A DNA stretch of 64,000 nt from Aulosira sp. ZfuCHP01 (GCA_034530575.1 JAVRCU010000042.1:6648-70647), one strand, 5' to 3'. Positions 43,560 through 53,450 are shown, counted from the stretch's first letter. Notes: generated by a model not told the origin, from the sequence alone. A program made the numbers and translations.

Positions 43560-44723
43560 ATGACTCATCAGCCATATCAAAAGTCGAAATTCAATCAAGT
43601 AGTCAAGTTGCAAGTTTTAGATACAGTCCAACAACTATTTCCATCTATAAAGCTCCCCTCAGTTAAAACCTCTGTCCTAGTGCTAGCAGCAGGGTTGGGG
43701 TTTAGTACTCTTATTCCTGTTCATGCAGCAAGTACAGCTTCTCAAACTTCTTCTATTAATCAGAAAACACAATTAATAAGCCAAAACGGTAAGAAAGTTG
43801 AAATCACTCTCGTTTCCTATGCTGTCACCAAGGCTGCTTATGACAAAATCATTCCCCAGTTTGTAGCCAAATGGAAGCGGGAAAAAGGTCAGGATGTGAT
43901 TGTGCGGGAAAGCTATGGTGGTTCAGGATCACAAACTCGGGCTGTGATTGATGGTTTACCAGCAGATGTTGTAGCTTTAGCATTGGCTTTGGATACCAAA
44001 AAAATTGAGCAAGCAGGCTTAATTCAACCTGGTTGGGAACGGGAAAACCCCAATAATTCGATTGTGACTCATTCGGTAGTAGCTCTAGAAACCCGTGCGG
44101 GTAATCCGAAAAAGATTAAGACTTGGTCTGATTTAGCCAAACCAGGAGTCAAGATTGTAACGGCTAACCCCAAAACTTCAGGTGGTGCTAGATGGAATTT
44201 TCTTGCCTTGTGGGGAGCGATCGCTAAGAATGGTGGTAATGAAACCCAAGCTCGGAACTTTGTTACCCAGGTGTTTAAAAATGTCGTTGTCTTACCTAAA
44301 GATGCACGGGAATCCAGCGACGCTTTTTATAAAAAAGGTCAGGGAGATGTCTTACTCAACTACGAAAACGAAGTGATTTTAGCAGCACAACAAGGTAAGA
44401 CAGATACTTCTTACGAAGTTCCCTCAACTAACATTTCTATAGATGCGCCAGTAGCAGTTGTGGATAAAAATGTTGATAAGCACGGTAACAGAGCAGTTGC
44501 TGAAGCTTTCGTCAAGTTTCTGTTCACTCCAGAAGCGCAGCGTGAATTTGCCAAAGTTGGGTTCCGGCCAGTTAACTCCACTGTAACTAAAGAAGTACAG
44601 AAAAAGTTTCCTAAGATTTCGCGGCTGTATACTGTTGGAGATTTAGGAGGTTGGGATTCTATCCAGAAGAAATTCTTCGATGATGGCGCAATCTTCGATA
44701 AAATCCAAAGTGGGCGACGTTAA
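43560..44723 (+). CDS. sbp: Sulfate/thiosulfate-binding periplasmic protein, second paralog
   Basis: It shares the same conserved blocks (SYGGSGSQTRAVIDGL, TANPKTSGGARWNFLALW, DVLLNYENE). It is transcribed divergently from the first sbp. Confidence 0.85.
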   Translation: MTHQPYQKSKFNQVVKLQVLDTVQQLFPSIKLPSVKTSVLVLAAGLGFSTLIPVHAASTASQTSSINQKTQLISQNGKKVEITLVSYAVTKAAYDKIIPQFVAKWKREKGQDVIVRESYGGSGSQTRAVIDGLPADVVALALALDTKKIEQAGLIQPGWERENPNNSIVTHSVVALETRAGNPKKIKTWSDLAKPGVKIVTANPKTSGGARWNFLALWGAIAKNGGNETQARNFVTQVFKNVVVLPKDARESSDAFYKKGQGDVLLNYENEVILAAQQGKTDTSYEVPSTNISIDAPVAVVDKNVDKHGNRAVAEAFVKFLFTPEAQREFAKVGFRPVNSTVTKEVQKKFPKISRLYTVGDLGGWDSIQKKFFDDGAIFDKIQSGRR

Positions 44724-44768
44724 TTTAATGATTCAGATTACTACCCAATTAATTTTTGATTGAAAAAT

Positions 44769-44810
44769 AAGATTCCCAAATTTTTAAAAAAGTTGGGAAT
44801 CTTATTGTGG
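44769..44810 (+). terminator. Intrinsic terminator downstream of the second sbp
   Basis: AAGATTCCCAA-(13 nt)-TTGGGAATCTT is a perfect 11-bp inverted repeat followed by ATTGTGGTTTTCT. Confidence 0.5.
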
Positions 44811-45003
44811 TTTTCTCATACATAATAAATAAATCCTCTTAGGGGTTGTTTTAAAAGTGGTTAGCTGTGATTTTAGATACTAATTTATCCCCCCTACCCC
44901 CCTTAAAAAGGGGGAAAACTGAATCAAAATCCCCCTTAAAAAGGGGGATTTAGGGGGATCTAAAAGTATTTGATACATCATTAGGGACTTTTCAAACATC
45001 CTC

Positions 45004-46275
45004 TTAGATATCTTTCAACCTGGCATTCTTATCAAAATGCAAGTAATGTTTAATAATATGCTCTACGCTATTACCACAGCTATTAGCAAGTAGTTTTAAG
45101 TCAACTCCATGATTAGCTTGAATGCTGATAAAAGTGTGACGTGTAGAATAGGGTTTTAAATATTCTAGTTTTCTCTCTTGGGCTAATTTCTTTACTACCC
45201 CAGGATAGTGGTAGACTTTACCTCTGACCTCAACAGTATTGCCAGTCCAGATATCTGTAAGGGTATTACTTGAATATTGCTTGCCAGCGATAGTTCTAAA
45301 AACTAATTCATTTTCCTTTTTGCCGTTTGCATATAATCTTGTTAATAAATTAACTAACCTATTCATCCCTTGAATTTTAAATAGTCTTTCAGTATTATTA
45401 TTTGATTTTTTAGTAATACCAGCACTACTATCAAATGATTCTTTAAAAAATATCCAACCCTCCTCTAGTTGGATATTTTTCCACTTCAAAGCGAATACTT
45501 CACCATGTCTGCAACCAGTGAGAAACAGAAACTCAATTAAATCAGCACCATGTCTGATAGAGGCTTGCTCAGAATTACGGAATGATTCAACGATCAAATC
45601 TCTTTCTTGGATGTTATAAGCTCTATAATCTTCTAATTCTGAGATTTTTTGCGACTTTTTGGGTATATTGTAAGTTTTTTTGATTTCTATAAAATAATCT
45701 GCCGTTAATTGCTGATTACTAATAGCCCGTTGACACATATTACTCAGCAAACAAAATAGCTTTTTTATTTGTTGTAAGTTACTTTGCTTTAGTAATAAGT
45801 GCTGAATTAAGCTATTGGCAGTATCAAGATTTAATTCTAAGTCTAAAAATTCTTTAATTAGATTGTGGTAAACAATAAAATTTTTTTTATAGGTACTTTT
45901 TTGGATCTGCTTTGTTTGCAATTTCCAATCAACAAACTCATGCCATAATTGTCCTAATTTAGGTGGTTGTGGAGGATTGCTGAACTGGTTAATTGTTGTG
46001 AGTTGCTTAATTTCTAGATATTTAGCGAGTGTTGGATCGAATGAGCTACCATCTGTGCGATCGATATCAGCTTGTATCTGTGCTGCGATTTGATTTGCCC
46101 ATTGCAGATTTTCTGGGGTGTCTCTCCTCCCCAGTCCTTTATAAGCTTGTCGCTTGCTGTAGAACTTCTGGCTAATGCGAGTGCTGAACTGTAGCCTTAA
46201 ACTACCTTTATCTGAACCGACACGTATATCTGCTAATTTGATAGAATCCTTGCTACTCTTATGTTTTGAGTGCAT
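45004..46275 (-). CDS. Tyrosine-type site-specific recombinase / phage-type integrase
   Basis: The C-terminal catalytic region carries conserved Arg, His-x-x-Arg and Tyr residues (LTGCRHGEVFAL...HTFISIQANHGVDLKLLANSCGNSVEHIIKHYLHF). GC is low, in the low 30s percent. The gene is flanked by a palindrome-rich repeat (44880-44960). Confidence 0.8.
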   Translation of the reverse strand: MHSKHKSSKDSIKLADIRVGSDKGSLRLQFSTRISQKFYSKRQAYKGLGRRDTPENLQWANQIAAQIQADIDRTDGSSFDPTLAKYLEIKQLTTINQFSNPPQPPKLGQLWHEFVDWKLQTKQIQKSTYKKNFIVYHNLIKEFLDLELNLDTANSLIQHLLLKQSNLQQIKKLFCLLSNMCQRAISNQQLTADYFIEIKKTYNIPKKSQKISELEDYRAYNIQERDLIVESFRNSEQASIRHGADLIEFLFLTGCRHGEVFALKWKNIQLEEGWIFFKESFDSSAGITKKSNNNTERLFKIQGMNRLVNLLTRLYANGKKENELVFRTIAGKQYSSNTLTDIWTGNTVEVRGKVYHYPGVVKKLAQERKLEYLKPYSTRHTFISIQANHGVDLKLLANSCGNSVEHIIKHYLHFDKNARLKDI

Positions 46276-46308
46276 AGTAAATTTCTAGTAAAAATAGCAA
46301 TTTTATAA

Positions 46309-47427
46309 ATGACAATTACTAGAGTAGTTGATTTTCCGTCTTTTGATGAAAGCAGGAATGGGGTTGTTGTAATGGTCGATCCATACAGCCAAACACAGCA
46401 GATGCAGCAAGTTGTCTACCGAATTTTAGATGCTAATTTAGATCGCGCTCGTGAGGGTTTGCGAATTATCGAAGAATGGTGTCGCTTTGGGTTAAATAAT
46501 TCTCAGTTGACTGGGGAATGCAAGCATCTGCGACAAGAGGTAGCTAACTGGCATACAGCGGAAATAAGAGCAGCACGAGATACACCAGGGGATACTGGTA
46601 CGGAGTTAACACATCCCCAAGAGGAGCAACGCACTAGCATCAAAGCCGTGTTGCAAGCTAACTTTTGTCGCGTGCAAGAAGCAATGCGGGTGCTAGAAGA
46701 ATACGGTAAACTTTATCACTCTGAGATGGGTAAAGCATTTAAGCAGATGCGGTATCAAGTTTACACCTTAGAAAGCAATTTATTGGGTTATCAGCGCCAT
46801 CAACTGCTGTGGCGATCGCGTCTGTATCTAGTTACCTCACCGTCAGAAAATCTATTGACAACTGTGGAAGCTACACTCAAAGGTGGATTGACTTTGTTAC
46901 AATACCGTGACAAAACTGCTGATGATGCTATTCGTCTAGAACAAGCTAAAAAACTGCGACAGCTATGCCATCTCTACGGCGCTCTTTTCATTATTAATGA
47001 CCGTGTAGATCTGGCTTTGGCGGTAGATGCAGATGGCGTGCATCTAGGACAGCAAGATATGCCCATTGACATCGCCAGACAATTACTCGGTTCCCATCGC
47101 CTCATCGGACGTTCCACCACAAATTTAGAAGAAATGCAAGCAGCAATAGCGGAAGGTGCTGATTATATTGGTGTCGGGCCAGTTTATGAAACACCAACAA
47201 AGGCAGGTAAGCCAGCCGCAGGCTTAGAATATGTCAGCTATGCTGCCAAAAATTGCTCTATTCCCTGGTTTGCAATTGGCGGCATAGATGCAAATAATAT
47301 CAATGACGTGATTGATGCAGGTGCAAAACGTGTAGCGGTAGTGCGATCGCTCATGCAAGCAGAACAACCCACCTTGGTGGCACAATATTTGCTCTCGCAA
47401 TTAAATCGCATTAAACCAGAATCTTGA
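46309..47427 (+). CDS. thiE: Thiamine-phosphate synthase with the cyanobacterial-type N-terminal extension
   Basis: The C-terminal roughly 210 aa carry ThiE motifs (LYLVTS...LLQYRDK, FIINDRVDLA...GVHLGQQD, GVGPVYETPTK, WFAIGGI). The true start is probably an internal Met (MVDPYS or MQQVVYRILDANLD), because only 33 bp separate the tracked start from the divergent integrase start. Confidence 0.85.
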   Translation: MTITRVVDFPSFDESRNGVVVMVDPYSQTQQMQQVVYRILDANLDRAREGLRIIEEWCRFGLNNSQLTGECKHLRQEVANWHTAEIRAARDTPGDTGTELTHPQEEQRTSIKAVLQANFCRVQEAMRVLEEYGKLYHSEMGKAFKQMRYQVYTLESNLLGYQRHQLLWRSRLYLVTSPSENLLTTVEATLKGGLTLLQYRDKTADDAIRLEQAKKLRQLCHLYGALFIINDRVDLALAVDADGVHLGQQDMPIDIARQLLGSHRLIGRSTTNLEEMQAAIAEGADYIGVGPVYETPTKAGKPAAGLEYVSYAAKNCSIPWFAIGGIDANNINDVIDAGAKRVAVVRSLMQAEQPTLVAQYLLSQLNRIKPES

Positions 47428-47460
47428 ATAACTCAAAATTTAAAATTCAAAATCACTAAA

Positions 47461-47496
47461 ATTCTGAGTAGTAGCTTTTGCTGCTCAGAATTTTTA
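47461..47496 (+). terminator. Probable intrinsic terminator after thiE
   Basis: ATTCTGAGtagtAGC-TTTT-GCTgCTCAGAAT is an imperfect hairpin followed by TTTTTAT. Confidence 0.4.
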
Positions 47497-47535
47497 TAAA
47501 ATTCCCAATTGTTTGAAATGCATTTGTGACAATTT

Positions 47536-47748
47536 ATGTCTAATCAAATTACACTTCAGGTAAATGGAGAGAGCCATAGCTGTTCATCCCAAACTCCTTT
47601 ACCAGAATTACTCCAACAACTTGGTTTCAATCCCCGCTTAGTAGCAGTAGAGTATAATGGCGAGATTTTACACCGCCAATTTTGGAATGAAACAAAAGTG
47701 CAACAAGGCGATCGCTTGGAAGTTGTCACCATTGTTGGTGGTGGGTGA
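47536..47748 (+). CDS. thiS: Sulfur-carrier protein ThiS
   Basis: The 70-aa protein has the ubiquitin-like pattern (ITLQVNGE...LPELLQQLGF...VAVEYNGEILHR...GDRLEVVTIVGGG) and ends in Gly-Gly. Confidence 0.8.
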   Translation: MSNQITLQVNGESHSCSSQTPLPELLQQLGFNPRLVAVEYNGEILHRQFWNETKVQQGDRLEVVTIVGGG

Positions 47749-47873
47749 ATCAATTTTGGATTTTGGATTTTAGATTGGGAAATTTTCTAATGTCATTTGT
47801 CCTTTGCCATTTATTATTTCTCCCCGTCCCCGCGTCCCTTTGTCTCCCTTATCTTCCTTATCCCCCTACTCCC

Positions 47874-49067
47874 TCATTCTGACTTGTACAACGAACGGTG
47901 AAAGGTCTTCCGCTGGGCTAATTCTTTACCTTTACGACCGAGTTGTTCGCGTAGCGGTTGATCTTTACACAAGCGATTGAAAGCCTGGAAGACTTCATAA
48001 CCAGAATTAGGGTTAACTAGTATGCCGTTCTCTTCGTGGTGAATTGCATCGATGACACCGCCTAAACGAGAAGCAATCACGGGTTTACCAAAGTAACTCG
48101 CTTCTAGGTAAACTATCCCAAAACCCTCTATATTACTAGCTTTTGTATTCACGAGATTGAGGATGGCAAATATATCACAGGCTGCATAATAGCCAGCTAA
48201 TTCGCGATCGGGTATATATCCAGCAAAGTGTACCCTTTGATCTACTCGCAAGCGATGTGCTAGAGATTTCAGTTCCGCTTCACAAGGGCCTTGTCCACAA
48301 ATTATATAGTGGACATCTACCCCAACAGTTAGTAGTAGGGGCAAATTGTCAATTACACGGTTAAAGCTTTTATGCTTAACCAGCTGTCCCACCGAGAGAA
48401 TAACTACTGCTGTCTCTGGAATGTTGTACATTTGGCGCACGCTTGCACGTAAATTACCCAGATTACCTTGACTTGGTACTTGGCTAAATTTCTCTGGCCT
48501 AACCATTGGGTTAATGACATGGGTAGGGGTATCCAATCGCAAGCTAGCTCTGAGGTAATCTTGTGTAAAAGAACTGTTACAAACAATCCCTTCAGCTCGT
48601 TTAAGCGTCAATTTAAATAGCGATCGCCATAAAGGATTGCGTAAACCACAAAGAATATCATTACCGTGAAGATAGATAAAAAAGCGAATAGGGAGGAAAT
48701 AGCTGAGGAGTAAAAGTGATGGAAACTCGTAGCCATGTCCCCACTCAATATAGCGATAGTGATAGCGAAAATATAATTTAATTGCCAGTACAAATGAATA
48801 GATGAGATTGAAGCAAGGATTGAGAAAACTCCAATCTCTAATAATTGGCCAGCGATATATAGGGAATTTTTGATCTCGATCGAATACTTTATCGCCTGAG
48901 CAAGCAGCAGCGAGAACAATTACTCGTTCTGGATCTTGCAGACAACGATTATATATATACTCACTAATTACAGCTTCTTTTGGTAGAAAGCTGCGAGAGA
49001 TAACTAGAATATCGGGGAAGGCAGTTTTTTCGCGAACATTTGCCGCCAGTTGTGAAATATGTTCCAT
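47874..49067 (-). CDS. Glycosyltransferase family 1 (GT4-type)
   Basis: The C-terminal EGFGIVYLEASYFGKPVIASRLGGVIDAI matches the GT-B E-x7-E nucleotide-sugar-binding motif. Confidence 0.8.
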   Translation of the reverse strand: MEHISQLAANVREKTAFPDILVISRSFLPKEAVISEYIYNRCLQDPERVIVLAAACSGDKVFDRDQKFPIYRWPIIRDWSFLNPCFNLIYSFVLAIKLYFRYHYRYIEWGHGYEFPSLLLLSYFLPIRFFIYLHGNDILCGLRNPLWRSLFKLTLKRAEGIVCNSSFTQDYLRASLRLDTPTHVINPMVRPEKFSQVPSQGNLGNLRASVRQMYNIPETAVVILSVGQLVKHKSFNRVIDNLPLLLTVGVDVHYIICGQGPCEAELKSLAHRLRVDQRVHFAGYIPDRELAGYYAACDIFAILNLVNTKASNIEGFGIVYLEASYFGKPVIASRLGGVIDAIHHEENGILVNPNSGYEVFQAFNRLCKDQPLREQLGRKGKELAQRKTFHRSLYKSE

Positions 49068-50376
49068 AATTAAGTTTTCTAACTATATTGCTAATAATTT
49101 TTAAGTTTTCATACTCTCAACTAAGACGAAGAAATTAGCACTAATTTACTGCTGTCCTTGTGCTGTAATTTTGGTGAATTCAGAATTTTCTCAAGACAAC
49201 TCGAGAGGGAACTAAAGGACACAACAGGATGCGTGATTTATTAACGCCAGTCACATCTTACTCTCCTGAATTCTACGAGAGCAAGTAAGTAATTTAGCTA
49301 GTCAGGGAAATCGCTGACACGGTGACTCCCCTGAGTGGTAACACGTAGCGTGAGTAGCTTGCCGCCTAAGCCACATACACTAGATTTTGCGCAAACATCC
49401 TTTTCTATAATTACCATAAGGAATTTGCTATATCTGTATCTAATTTTCTACTGTTTTATCATCTTCGCCAATTGCTAGCCTGTAAAAACGCGGAATCTAC
49501 ATTATTGTTTACTATCAGTACTTACTTCAAGCATAGCAAGCAGATTTGTAAAAATAGTTATCACTTGATAATACATAGGCTGTAGAAACATCATTCTAAA
49601 TCCTTGTTTAAGCGATAGGAGTATACAAATTTCAGCAGTATTTGAGAACAGTAGTTGGGAAGATTTTATTTTTAATGTTGCTGTTGTTATTTTTTGATTT
49701 TAATTCCTCACCACATAAAATTCGTCTACCTGATTAACAAGCATTAAAGTTTGGTACTGCCAGCTAAATCAATTGCTCATAGACTATTGTGGTAATTGCT
49801 AAATTTAGTTTCTAGCAATAGGCTATCCTGAAAATCACTCACAATTATGCCAAAATGCCAAAAAGTCTCTGGTTGTCAGTCTCAGACAAGTTTGTGGGTA
49901 TGAAGCCTGTAGTACCTCCCGTTAGTTAACTAGATAAGTTGTGCTTGCTGTATCTGTGCAAAAACAATCAAACCTTGTTCTGACTATAGTTTGAATGATA
50001 AGTCTCTCTTTAGGTAGATTTCAGGATAACTGAGTGCTGAGTGCTGAGTCATAAGTGAGGATCTCACTCGTTACTCAGCACTGTTTCGGTGAGCCGCGAT
50101 CGCTAGGGTAATGATTAATTGATCCCAAAATTCCTACATTAGAGAAAAGATTTAAGGTACGGTTATCTACTCAAGAAATCCCCCCTAAGCTTGCTGCCTA
50201 GGCAAGATAAGACACGGTACATTGAATATGTAGCCGAAAAAGCAGAATGTTACAGAGAGCTACTGCCAATCAAAAACTCGCTTGCTTGCTACGGGCTGGC
50301 GTTACTGACCAAGCACAACTCTCCTACGAGCATTGGGAGAAATCATCACCAATACCGTTTTTCAAGCGACTGTATT

Positions 50377-51357
50377 ATGCGTAAAAAACTACAACAAGCG
50401 ATCAAACCGCTGTTAAAAACTTTCTTTGTCCTGAGCCTGGTGTTAGCTTTGGCACTTGGTCACGCCGATGGAGCATTAGCCGCCCGTAGTGGTGGTAGAA
50501 TCGGCGGTGGTTCTTTTAGAGTGCCTTCTAGCCGCACTTACACACCTCGCACCTACGCACCTCCTGGTGGGGGAGGATACTATGCTCCTTACCCTGGTGG
50601 TGGTTTTGGATTTCCTTTCCTGATTCCTTTCTGGGGTATCGGTGGAGGATTTGGCGGGTTGTTTACCATCTTAATTTTTATTGCGATCGCTAATTTCTTA
50701 GTTCAATCTTTCCGCCGCGCTAGCAGTGGCGATACAACAAACGAAGTAGGCTACAGCAGCAATCCTCCTGTATCTGTAACTCGTTTGCAAGTGGGTTTAT
50801 TAGCTCAGGCGCGTGGTTTACAAACTGAACTCGATCGCATTGCCGAAACTGCTGATACCAATTCCCCACAGGGAAGAGCAGAAATTCTCCAAGAAACTAG
50901 CCTGGCATTGCTCCGCCATCCAGAGTACTGGGTATATGTTGGTGGCGGTACACAGCAAGCTAAGTTGAATTCTGCTGAGGCTCAATTCAATCGTCTCTCC
51001 CTAGCAGAACGCAGCAAATTTAGCGAAGAAACCCTATCTAATGTCAACAACCAACTCAGAGCAGCACTGGCTAAAGAAGCTCTACCTGGTGGTGTAAATC
51101 CAGAAAATCCCACCGATCTCATTACTTCTGGTCCTGGAGAATATATTATCGTTACCTTGTTGGTAGCGACTCTAGGCAAGTATGCAATTCCCGCAATTAA
51201 CAGTGCTGATGATTTGCGTCAAGCTTTGCGTCAAATTGGTGGTATTCCTAGCGAGCAAACTTTGGCGATAGAGGTGCTTTGGACTCCTCAAGCTGAAGGT
51301 GATACTCTCACTTCTGATGATTTGTTAGCTGAGTATCCTGATTTGAAGCTTGTTTAA
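50377..51357 (+). CDS. DUF1517-family membrane protein (cyanobacteria/plastid lineage)
   Basis: The start is placed at the internal MRKKLQQ (ATG at 50377). It has a signal peptide or transmembrane segment, a Gly-rich segment (GGGSFRVP...PPGGGGYYAPYPGGGFGFPFLIPFWGIGGGFGG) and a transmembrane helix. The 62-aa upstream extension in the tracked ORF is unlikely to be real. Confidence 0.55.
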   Translation: MRKKLQQAIKPLLKTFFVLSLVLALALGHADGALAARSGGRIGGGSFRVPSSRTYTPRTYAPPGGGGYYAPYPGGGFGFPFLIPFWGIGGGFGGLFTILIFIAIANFLVQSFRRASSGDTTNEVGYSSNPPVSVTRLQVGLLAQARGLQTELDRIAETADTNSPQGRAEILQETSLALLRHPEYWVYVGGGTQQAKLNSAEAQFNRLSLAERSKFSEETLSNVNNQLRAALAKEALPGGVNPENPTDLITSGPGEYIIVTLLVATLGKYAIPAINSADDLRQALRQIGGIPSEQTLAIEVLWTPQAEGDTLTSDDLLAEYPDLKLV

Positions 51358-51636
51358 TTAAATCAAGCTGCGATAACAGCATAAAAACCGCTTGCCATTC
51401 AGCAAGCGGTTTTTTGTTTCGCTATAAACATATTTAGTATAGTTCTTCCTTATCGATTTTATCTTAGCAGATTTAGAATTAAGCGTCAATCCCAATAAAG
51501 GCAGTGAGTCTGGTAAGCGGGGACAATGCCCAATTACTATTGCCTTTGCAATCGTTTTTCATCTGCTGTGCGATCGCATTTACGCAAAAAATATTTTGCA
51601 AATAAGCAAGTGATAGCAACTTCAAGGAAGCCTGAA

Positions 51637-51765
51637 GCAACATCAGGGTTCCTTGAATTAATTTCAGGGTTCCCGTTTCCGTGTTTCGCGTACCCGGAAT
51701 TAACATCAGGGTTCCTTGAATTAGCATCAGGGTTCCTGTTTCCGTATTTTGCGCAGATTGAAATA
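51637..51765. repeat. Tandem duplication of a roughly 62-bp unit, about 250 bp upstream of the CRISPR array
   Basis: Unit 1 is AACATCAGGGTTCCTTGAATTAATTTCAGGGTTCCCGTTTCCGTGTTTCGCGTACCCGGAATTA. Unit 2 is ACATCAGGGTTCCTTGAATTAGCATCAGGGTTCCTGTTTCCGTATTTTGCGCAG. Each unit contains the sub-repeat TCAGGGTTCC twice. The three short ORFs called on both strands here are artefacts of the repeat. Confidence 0.6.
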
Positions 51766-52017
51766 CATCTCGACAATAATTGATGAAGATCTTATGATTA
51801 GTTATTAGCTTGATGTTTGGCAAATCAAAGCGGGGGCAAAAACCCTAGGGGATCTGCCAAAATCGCCAGAACCTTGACAAAGCAATAATTATAGCGTTTA
51901 AGAGATTTGGGAAGATGCAAAATAATTGCAATAAGGTCGGCTAAAAATGACCATAATTTTCGACCCGTCAAAACTCTTCCCAGGAAGCTTGCTATTGTTA
52001 AGTTTCAGAACCCAGCT

Positions 52018-53162
52018 GTTTCAAACAACAATTACCCCGCAAGGGGATTGAAACTTTGAGATCCTTGATGGGATAACACAAGCTGTAGAGTTTCAAACAA
52101 CAATTACCCCGCAAGGGGATTGAAACATGCGATTATTACTGGAGTTTGTGAAACCGATTATTCAGGTTTCAAACAACAATTACCCCGCAAGGGGATTGAA
52201 ACAACCAATTATGACATTTAGCGAATTCACAGAAAAATGGTTTCAAACAACAATTACCCCGCAAGGGGATTGAAACATCAATATCTCATCCAAAAAATAG
52301 CGATCGCTGCCCAAAGTTTCAAACAACAATTACCCCGCAAGGGGATTGAAACATCGCTTTAAATCTTTAGATGCGCATATTCATCATGTGTTTCAAACAA
52401 CAATTACCCCGCAAGGGGATTGAAACATGCCGAAAAACAAAGAGCTTACAGGCAAAGAATAAGTTTCAAACAACAATTACCCCGCAAGGGGATTGAAACA
52501 AGAATAGTAATGCTTTGCTCCTTGATTCCAATCAATTAAGTTTCAAACAACAATTACCCCGCAAGGGGATTGAAACTCGCCAATAATGCGCTTTAATTCT
52601 ACTTCCACCGGTTTCAAACAACAATTACCCCGCAAGGGGATTGAAACTAGCAATTATAGCAACTAGTTTAGCTGGCGCAATCAAGTTTCAAACAACAATT
52701 ACCCCGCAAGGGGATTGAAACCTAAACCGCTACTAAAACCCTACTAAAAATCGACCCAAAGTTTCAAACAACAATTACCCCGCAAGGGGATTGAAACTGC
52801 TATATAATACTCTCGACGTAGCATTTACTGGAGTTTCAAACAACAATTACCCCGCAAGGGGATTGAAACGCGGCTAATACGTTTTTAGCTAGTAATGGCG
52901 TCACGTTTCAAACAACAATTACCCCGCAAGGGGATTGAAACTCTGGTGATGCTTGATTTCGCAGGTCAGCAGCGTTAATGTTTCAAACAACAACTACCCC
53001 GCAAGGGGATTGAAACCAGCTGATGTTAATGGAACCGCAGGGAGCGATTCGGTTTCAAACAAAAATTACCCCGCAAGGGGATTGAAACTTAGCAGGCGAT
53101 GAGGAGCTATTGAAACCAGTGATCAGTTTCAAACAACAATTACCCCGCAAGGGGATTGAAAC
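52018..53162 (+). CRISPR. CRISPR array of 16 direct repeats (37 bp) and 15 spacers (34-40 bp), with no cas genes in the window
   Basis: The repeat GTTTCAAACAACAATTACCCCGCAAGGGGATTGAAAC starts at 52018, 52090, 52166, 52240, 52316, 52390, 52463, 52540, 52611, 52685, 52761, 52833, 52905, 52980, 53052 and 53126. The repeat at 52980 carries CAACTACC and the one at 53052 carries CAAAAATT, so the variant repeats are at the 53-kb end (trailer). An AT-rich putative leader spans 51840-52017. The repeat has a CCCC-GCAA-GGGG hairpin followed by an ATTGAAAC 3' handle, typical of Cas6-processed class 1 (type I/III) repeats. Orientation is inferred from the leader and degenerate-end positions. Confidence 0.95.
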
Positions 53163-53220
53163 ATCAATATCCGTAACTTTAAATAGGAACAGTGGAAGTA
53201 ATAGAGGGTTTAGCAATGCT

Positions 53221-53408
53221 CACCTGTGTCAATTTAAGCGTAGATGCATACAGCGTAAGTCTTTGAGGTTCTGTCTCTTAGCACCATAAACTTTTGATCC
53301 CCCTTAAAAAAGGGGGAATTATATTAGAATCTTAGCCCCCTTTTTAAGGGGGTTGGGGGATCAAATATCCTGATTGACAAAGCCTTTCACGTTAATTTGA
53401 CACGTATG
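53221..53408. mobile_element. MITE-like element, second copy, flanked by a 9-bp target-site duplication
   Basis: The TIRs are CACCTGTGTCAATTTAAGC and GTTAATTTGACACGTATG. Direct repeats AGCAATGCT sit at 53212-53220 and 53409-53417. Internally it is about 85% identical to the copy at 30164-30362. It lies between CRISPR repeat 16 and the degenerate repeat remnants. Confidence 0.6.
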
Positions 53409-53450
53409 AGCAATGCTAAACCCCTACAAAAAATCTATCTCTATCATGAT

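Noticed and set aside
46276-46308. A TPP (THI-box) riboswitch upstream of thiE
   Set aside because: Only 33 bp separate the integrase start and the tracked thiE start. No CUGAGA or ACCUGA THI-box elements are seen here, or in the thiE-thiS spacer, which holds a terminator instead.
51479-51823. Three mutually overlapping ORFs on both strands (114, 85 and 79 aa)
   Set aside because: They are generated by the 62-bp tandem repeat. The translated products are repetitive and low complexity and are mutually exclusive.
53089-53125. Spacer 15 contains ATTGAAAC, identical to the repeat's 3' handle
   Set aside because: It is an 8-nt coincidence without the preceding hairpin. It is more likely chance than a collapsed repeat.
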